Source of the DNA: Sumerlaeia bacterium
Lineage (GTDB): Bacteria; Sumerlaeota; Sumerlaeia; SLMS01; JAHLLQ01
NCBI GenBank assembly: GCA_040219255.1
Contig: JAVJSW010000035.1
Location: 1 to 64,000, forward strand
Reading direction: 5' to 3'
DNA: 64,000 nt
Under the pieces are notes generated by a model. It made no database searches. It was not told where the DNA came from and saw only the letters and a program-made list of their open reading frames with translations. Of this stretch, positions 59,070-64,000 are shown piece after piece. A program made the position numbers and the translations under genes. Within the stretch, counting starts at the first letter, position 1, and the number at the start of each line of letters is the position of its first letter.

Positions 59070-60456
59070 ATGCCCCCCCGTTACCGCCTTCTCATCGTGG
59101 ACGACGAGCCCCAGATGGGGCGTATTCTCAGCCTGGTCGCGTCGCGTTGGGGGTATGATGTGCAGACCGCCAGCAACGGCCACGACGCCCTGGCCAAGCT
59201 CGAAGAATTCCCCGCCGACGTCGTCCTCAGCGACCTGAAAATGCCCGGCATGGAGGGCGATCAGCTCCTGCGCGAGGTCAAGTCCCGCCAGCCCGATCTG
59301 CCCTTTGTCCTCATGACCGCCCACGCCACGGTCAAGAGCGCCGTCGAGGCCATGAAGTCCGGCGCGTTCGACTACATCATGAAGCCCTTCGACAACGACG
59401 AGGTGAAGGTGATCCTCGAGCGCGCCCTCGAGCATCGCCAACTCGTCGCCGAGAACAAACGCCTGCGCGCCGAGGCGGATGTGCGATTCGACTCGGGCAA
59501 CCTGATCGGCGAAAGCGCCGCCATGCACCAGGTCCTCGGCATGATCGAACGCGTCGCCCCCACCAAGGCCACCGTCCTGATCAGCGGCGAAAGCGGCGTC
59601 GGCAAGGAACTCGTGGCCCGCGCCATCCATCAGCACAGCGACCGCCGCGACCGTCCTTTTGTGGCCCTGAACTGCGCCGCGCTGACGGAAACACTGCTGG
59701 AAAGCGAACTCTTCGGCCATGAAAAGGGCTCCTTCACCGGCGCCACCCGCACCCGCCGAGGCAAGTTCGAAGAAGCCGATGGCGGCACCATTTTCCTCGA
59801 TGAAATCGGCGAGACCAACAACGCCTTCCAAACCAAACTGCTCCGCGTCCTGCAAGAGGGAACCTTCGAACGCGTCGGCGGCAACGAAACCAATCGCGTC
59901 GACGTGCGCGTCCTGGCCGCTACGAACCGCGACCTGCAACAGCGCGTCCGCGAAGGCGAATTCCGCGAGGACCTCTACTATCGCCTCCAGGTCGTTCCGA
60001 TCCACATTCCGCCGCTGCGCGAACGGCGCGAGGACGTCGAAGCCCTCGCCACCCACTTCGCCGGCCGCCATCGAAGCCCTCAAGGCCCAGGAATGGCGCG
60101 GCAACGTGCGCGAACTGCAAAACACCATCGAACGCGCCGTGATCCTGACTCGCGATGAAATCGTCGAACCGGGCGACCTCTTCCTGCCCCACGAAACCGG
60201 CAAACTGCAAGCCGCCGCCGCCGCCGGAGCCCCCGTCACCACCGATCCCCGCAACAGCGCCGACACCATCGACAAAGACCTCGCCTACTCGCCCCTCAAC
60301 GAATTCGTGGACGAAATGACCAAACGCCACGTCCTGCGCGCCCTCGACCAGAAGCATTGGAAAAAGCAAGAAGCCGCCGACATGCTCGGCATCGACCGCG
60401 CCACCCTCTACCGCATGATCAAGCGGTTCGGGTTGGACTCGCAGACGGAGGGTTAA
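59070..60456 (+). pseudogene. Sigma-54 response regulator (NtrC/AtoC/PilR family) with an internal deletion and frameshift near 60060
   Basis: Receiver, [29 protein letters not shown] in one frame; W.GNVREL.N..ERA and the HTH (LGIDRATLYR) continue in another frame. Confidence 0.82.
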
Positions 60457-60730
60457 AGGGAACGTGGGCGGGACGCGCCTTGCAAGTCGGAAAAAGGCCA
60501 GGCAGCCGTAAGGTTTAAGCCAAACCCGCCTGCATCGGCCCTCGGGGTCCTGAACCAGCCTGAGAATCCGCCACCGTTGTTCCGGGGAAACGCTCCCCGC
60601 CCGCGTTCCATTTCTGGGCGCCACGCGTTCGGCGAAGCCAGCGTCAGGATCGAGGAATTCGCCGAACGGGTCGGGCGCATGGTGATGGAGCTGGAAGCGG
60701 CGGTGGAGCGCAATTCCTGAACAAACCCGC

Positions 60731-60770
60731 AAAAACAAAGCCCCCGCCTCGGGAAACCGAGACGGGGGCT
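60731..60770 (-). terminator. Intrinsic terminator
   Basis: Minus strand AGCCCCCGTCTCGG/CCGAGGCGGGGGCT stem followed by TTGTTTTT. Confidence 0.8.
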
Positions 60771-60819
60771 GGTTCCCGGCAGGTGGTGGAAATCCCGCCG
60801 GAAGATATGGACTGGTGGC

Positions 60820-63800
60820 TCACAAGCCGGCGCAGGAAGCGCTGTTCGAAGCCGGATCGTAGGTCAGGCCGGATGCCGAGATGTTGTCAACGCAGAAGGT
60901 GAAGCTGACGCCGCCTTTGGCGCTGCTGCTGGTGTCGAACACCACGACGCCGCTGCCATTGGTGGTGCCGGAAACGGACTCGTTGTAGGACCCGGTGAAG
61001 GTGCCATCGACAATCGCGCCAGATACCGGCGATCCGGAACCGTCAATGACAGTCACGGTGGCGCGGCCGGTCTTGTTGCCGCCACCGATGTTGACCGTTT
61101 CCACGGTCAGGGCGGAGACATGAACGATGGCGCCGCCGGTGCCGCCGCTGGTGGGCGTCGCGCTGGCTTCGGCGCTGTCGGCCGAGATATTACCCGCCGC
61201 GTCTTCGGCGTTCACAACGTAGTAGTACGTCGTGCCGTTTGTCACGGTCGAGTCGGAATAGGCTTCGTTGGTCAACAGCGTGCCGTTCAGAGCGGTGTAG
61301 GGACCGCCGCTGGTGGTGGCGCGCGAGACGGTGTAACCCGCCAGATCGGTTTCGCCATTGGCGTTCCAGGAGAGGCTTACAGAGGCGTCGCCACCAGTCG
61401 CCGCCAGACCGGTCGGAGCCGCCGGAGGCGTGGTGTCCGAACCGCCCGAGGCCGCGGAAACCACGTAGAGGTGATCGATGGAAACGGTATCCAGGGCGCT
61501 TTGGCCGGCCGTGCGGTTGGTGTCTTCGATGCGGATGTACAGCGTGCCGCTGACATCCTGCGGGAAGATATAGGACTGATAGGTGTCCGTGTCGCTGCTG
61601 GCGGTGATGGTGATGGCCGGTGTGTAGCTGGCGTTGTCTTTCGACCAGGAAATGACGAAGTCATCGCCTTCGCTGTTCGCGGCGCGGTGGGCGTCCACAG
61701 AGAGCGTATAGCCGCTGCCGGTGGGGACGCTAAGCTGCCAGGTGTGGCTCAGCAGGCTGGTGCGGCTCGCGGGCTTGCCGCCGCTCTCGCCTTCGCGCAG
61801 GACCTGGCTCACGTCGTTCTGGCTCTGGGTCGAGACGTAGGAACCGCTGGCGATGGTGCCCGCGTCGGTGGCGAAGTCGGCGGAAGCCACGGCGACCTGA
61901 TCGACGGCGTCGGGCGTGGCGTTGACTTCGGCGCTGTCGGCCGATTCGTTGCCCGAGAAATCGAGCGCCGAAACCACGTAGTAGTAAGTTGAGCCGTTGG
62001 TCACTCCGCTGTCCGTGTAGGCGCTGGTGTTGATGTTCGAAGCGATGACGCTGTAGGGGCCGCCGGTGGCGGAACCGCGATAGACGTTATAGCCGTCGAG
62101 GTCCGTTTCCGAGTTGTCGGCCCAGTCGAGGGCGACTTGGTTGCTGCCGGCTGTGGCGGCTAGACCCGTCGGAGCGGCGGGCGGCGTGGTGTCGGGGCTG
62201 GTCTTCCAAGGCATGTCGGGCCAGGCCGCCGGGTTGGCGTAGGCGGTGGACAGATCGGTGAAGTAGCCAAGGGCCTCCATCACGCCGTGGCGGAACGGCG
62301 AGGTGCCGTCGAAGCCCTTGGTGCGGGTGATGCCGATCTGACCGGCCACGTCCACTCCGCTGTTGTAGGCGTCGGTCGTCACGCCCAGCAGGCGGGAGCC
62401 GGTGTAGGCGGCGATGTGGGTGTCGCAGCGGCTGCTGAAGGATGTGTTGTCCGAGGTGTAGATTTGGGGCAGGACGCCGTCGATGGCGCCATTGCTCAGC
62501 CACACCGGCCAGTCCTGATAGTTGAAGTTGATGGCGTCGTTGAAGCGCCCGATCGGATAGGCCAGCAGGATGTTGTTCGGATCGATGGCGGTAATGGTGT
62601 TGTAGATTTCTTGAACGGTGCTGGTGATGGCGTCCTTGCGGAACTGAATCCAGTCCGCGTCGTACGGATCCGGCGTGCCGGACTTGGCGTACTGGGCGTT
62701 GAACGCCGCGATGGCGTCGGGGTGATAACCAAAGTCGGTGTTCGTGCGGGTAAAGGACGTCTGTGGGTAGCGGATGCGATCGAGGATGATGCCGTCGCAG
62801 TTGTAGTTCATCATGATGTCGCCGGCGATGTTCGCCAGGTAAACGCGAACGTCGGGCAGGGCGGCTTCGAGCCACAGACCGCTGCTGTTGTGCGTCGTCG
62901 TCTGCACGATGGGGCTGCCGCCGTTGTAGAAGTAGGTCCGCCATTCCGGATGCGTATTGATGACGTGGTTCGACCGGAAGTCGGTGTCCACGCCATCGGT
63001 CACGAGATGCGTATTGACGTAGGCGAAGACCTTGAGCCCGGCGGCCTGGCCGCGGGTGGTGAACTCTTCCAGGACGTCGATGGAACCGGCGGCGCTGGTG
63101 CGCGGTTCGTTGTTCGGGAAGGTCGAATCGGTCTTGTTCGGGAAGTACGTCGCGTCGCCGCGATAGCGCGTGTGGATCGCGATCGAGTTGTAGTTCAGCC
63201 CGGCGATTTCATCGACCCAGTTCTGGATCGCGATGGTATCGTTGATGTCGTCGAAAATGGTAATCACCGCCAGGCGCATTTCGGCTGGATCGGTTCCGCC
63301 GGTTCCGCCGCCGGTGCTGGTAAAGCGCACCGCGTCGGCGATGACGGCGGCTGCCGCGGGCGTGCTGCCCAGCGCATCCAGCGTCACCGTCGCATTGCCC
63401 GCAGCGAAATTCCACGTGCCCAGCGATTGCCACGACAGCGAATTCACCGTCTGATCGACAAAGGCTTCCTGCGTGCCGCCGCTGGTGGAAACGGTGTAGC
63501 GCGCGGCCGTCGGGCGGTTGGAACCCGCCACGTAGATCACGCTGACCTCGTAGTCGCCCGCCTCTGGCAGGCTCGCTGTCCAGGAGGCCGTGTTCGGGTC
63601 GCCGGTCTGGGCAAAGCGGTAGGTCCCGCCGTTGTAGCCCGCGGCGCCGCTGGTGGACCAGCCGCCGGTTTCCGCGTACGCAGGCGACCCATCGTCGTTA
63701 TCGACGACCACTTCCGTGCCGCCGCCGGTCGTCGTGCCGGTGATGCGGGCGTTGACTTCCAGGCGAGCCTCGCCGCCAAAGGGATCGGTGCCGATGTAGG

Positions 63801-64000
63801 TGTTGTACATCGTGTCGCCAGGGCAGGCCGTCGCCGAAGCATCGCGGTGGCCGCCGAGGAACGGCGTGTTCGGATCGCTGCCGTAGGACCCGGTGCCGAG
63901 GCCGGTGAAGGGATCGGGGATCTTCCACGCGATCAGGTCGTAGATCGCGTTGCGCTGCTCGACCGTCGGTTGATCGAAGATGGGCGTGTGAAAGTAGCCC
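60820..64000 (-). CDS. Multidomain protein: amidase_2-like + golvesin-C-like + GHL10 (DUF187) glycoside hydrolase + FN3 repeats + Ig-like C-terminus (5'-truncated)
   Basis: The frame stays open to the window end with GHRD...TACPG; VVVDNDD...W module; RGDA.Y, DGI.LD.IRYP, QDW..W, PQIY; DTTPPAAPTGL FN3 repeats. Confidence 0.85.
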   Translation of the reverse strand, partial: GYFHTPIFDQPTVEQRNAIYDLIAWKIPDPFTGLGTGSYGSDPNTPFLGGHRDASATACPGDTMYNTYIGTDPFGGEARLEVNARITGTTTGGGTEVVVDNDDGSPAYAETGGWSTSGAAGYNGGTYRFAQTGDPNTASWTASLPEAGDYEVSVIYVAGSNRPTAARYTVSTSGGTQEAFVDQTVNSLSWQSLGTWNFAAGNATVTLDALGSTPAAAAVIADAVRFTSTGGGTGGTDPAEMRLAVITIFDDINDTIAIQNWVDEIAGLNYNSIAIHTRYRGDATYFPNKTDSTFPNNEPRTSAAGSIDVLEEFTTRGQAAGLKVFAYVNTHLVTDGVDTDFRSNHVINTHPEWRTYFYNGGSPIVQTTTHNSSGLWLEAALPDVRVYLANIAGDIMMNYNCDGIILDRIRYPQTSFTRTNTDFGYHPDAIAAFNAQYAKSGTPDPYDADWIQFRKDAITSTVQEIYNTITAIDPNNILLAYPIGRFNDAINFNYQDWPVWLSNGAIDGVLPQIYTSDNTSFSSRCDTHIAAYTGSRLLGVTTDAYNSGVDVAGQIGITRTKGFDGTSPFRHGVMEALGYFTDLSTAYANPAAWPDMPWKTSPDTTPPAAPTGLAATAGSNQVALDWADNSETDLDGYNVYRGSATGGPYSVIASNINTSAYTDSGVTNGSTYYYVVSALDFSGNESADSAEVNATPDAVDQVAVASADFATDAGTIASGSYVSTQSQNDVSQVLREGESGGKPASRTSLLSHTWQLSVPTGSGYTLSVDAHRAANSEGDDFVISWSKDNASYTPAITITASSDTDTYQSYIFPQDVSGTLYIRIEDTNRTAGQSALDTVSIDHLYVVSAASGGSDTTPPAAPTGLAATGGDASVSLSWNANGETDLAGYTVSRATTSGGPYTALNGTLLTNEAYSDSTVTNGTTYYYVVNAEDAAGNISADSAEASATPTSGGTGGAIVHVSALTVETVNIGGGNKTGRATVTVIDGSGSPVSGAIVDGTFTGSYNESVSGTTNGSGVVVFDTSSSAKGGVSFTFCVDNISASGLTYDPASNSASCAGL

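Noticed and set aside
60050-60075. Programmed ribosomal frameshift in the response regulator
   Set aside because: There is no slippery heptamer, and coding sequence is missing relative to the family, which indicates a deletion.

Overview
GC-rich bacterial chromosomal window, mostly housekeeping and envelope genes. It opens with the 3' end of a group IIC intron (RT tail, domains V-VI). It then carries aat, pcp, thrC, a PilZ-like protein, a GT-C-like membrane protein, a type IV pilus operon (pilM-N-O-[P-like]-Q) followed by a presenilin/SPP-like membrane protein, accB-accC, Asp23, RfaE-II, a stand-alone Tudor protein and gatC-gatA. Next are a yodT-yodS-yodR-yodQ-like catabolic operon, a dynamin-like GTPase, secreted M14/sugar-dehydrogenase/cytochrome c/endonuclease I proteins, coaX, three TRL-like lipoproteins, a minor-pilin operon, a GT2, two App1 phosphatases, DUF1015, a histidine kinase with a frameshifted sigma-54 regulator, and a large amidase-GHL10 protein running off the right end. 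The most striking unexplained structure: two GxxExxY (PD-(D/E)xK-type) genes are each enclosed by their own inverted repeats built from short tandem units, and gene-less copies with matching ends sit in other intergenic gaps. This looks like a nuclease-plus-cognate-repeat mobile system analogous to RAYT/REPIN. No CRISPR array, rRNA or tRNA was seen. All calls come from reading motifs by eye; no database search was run.
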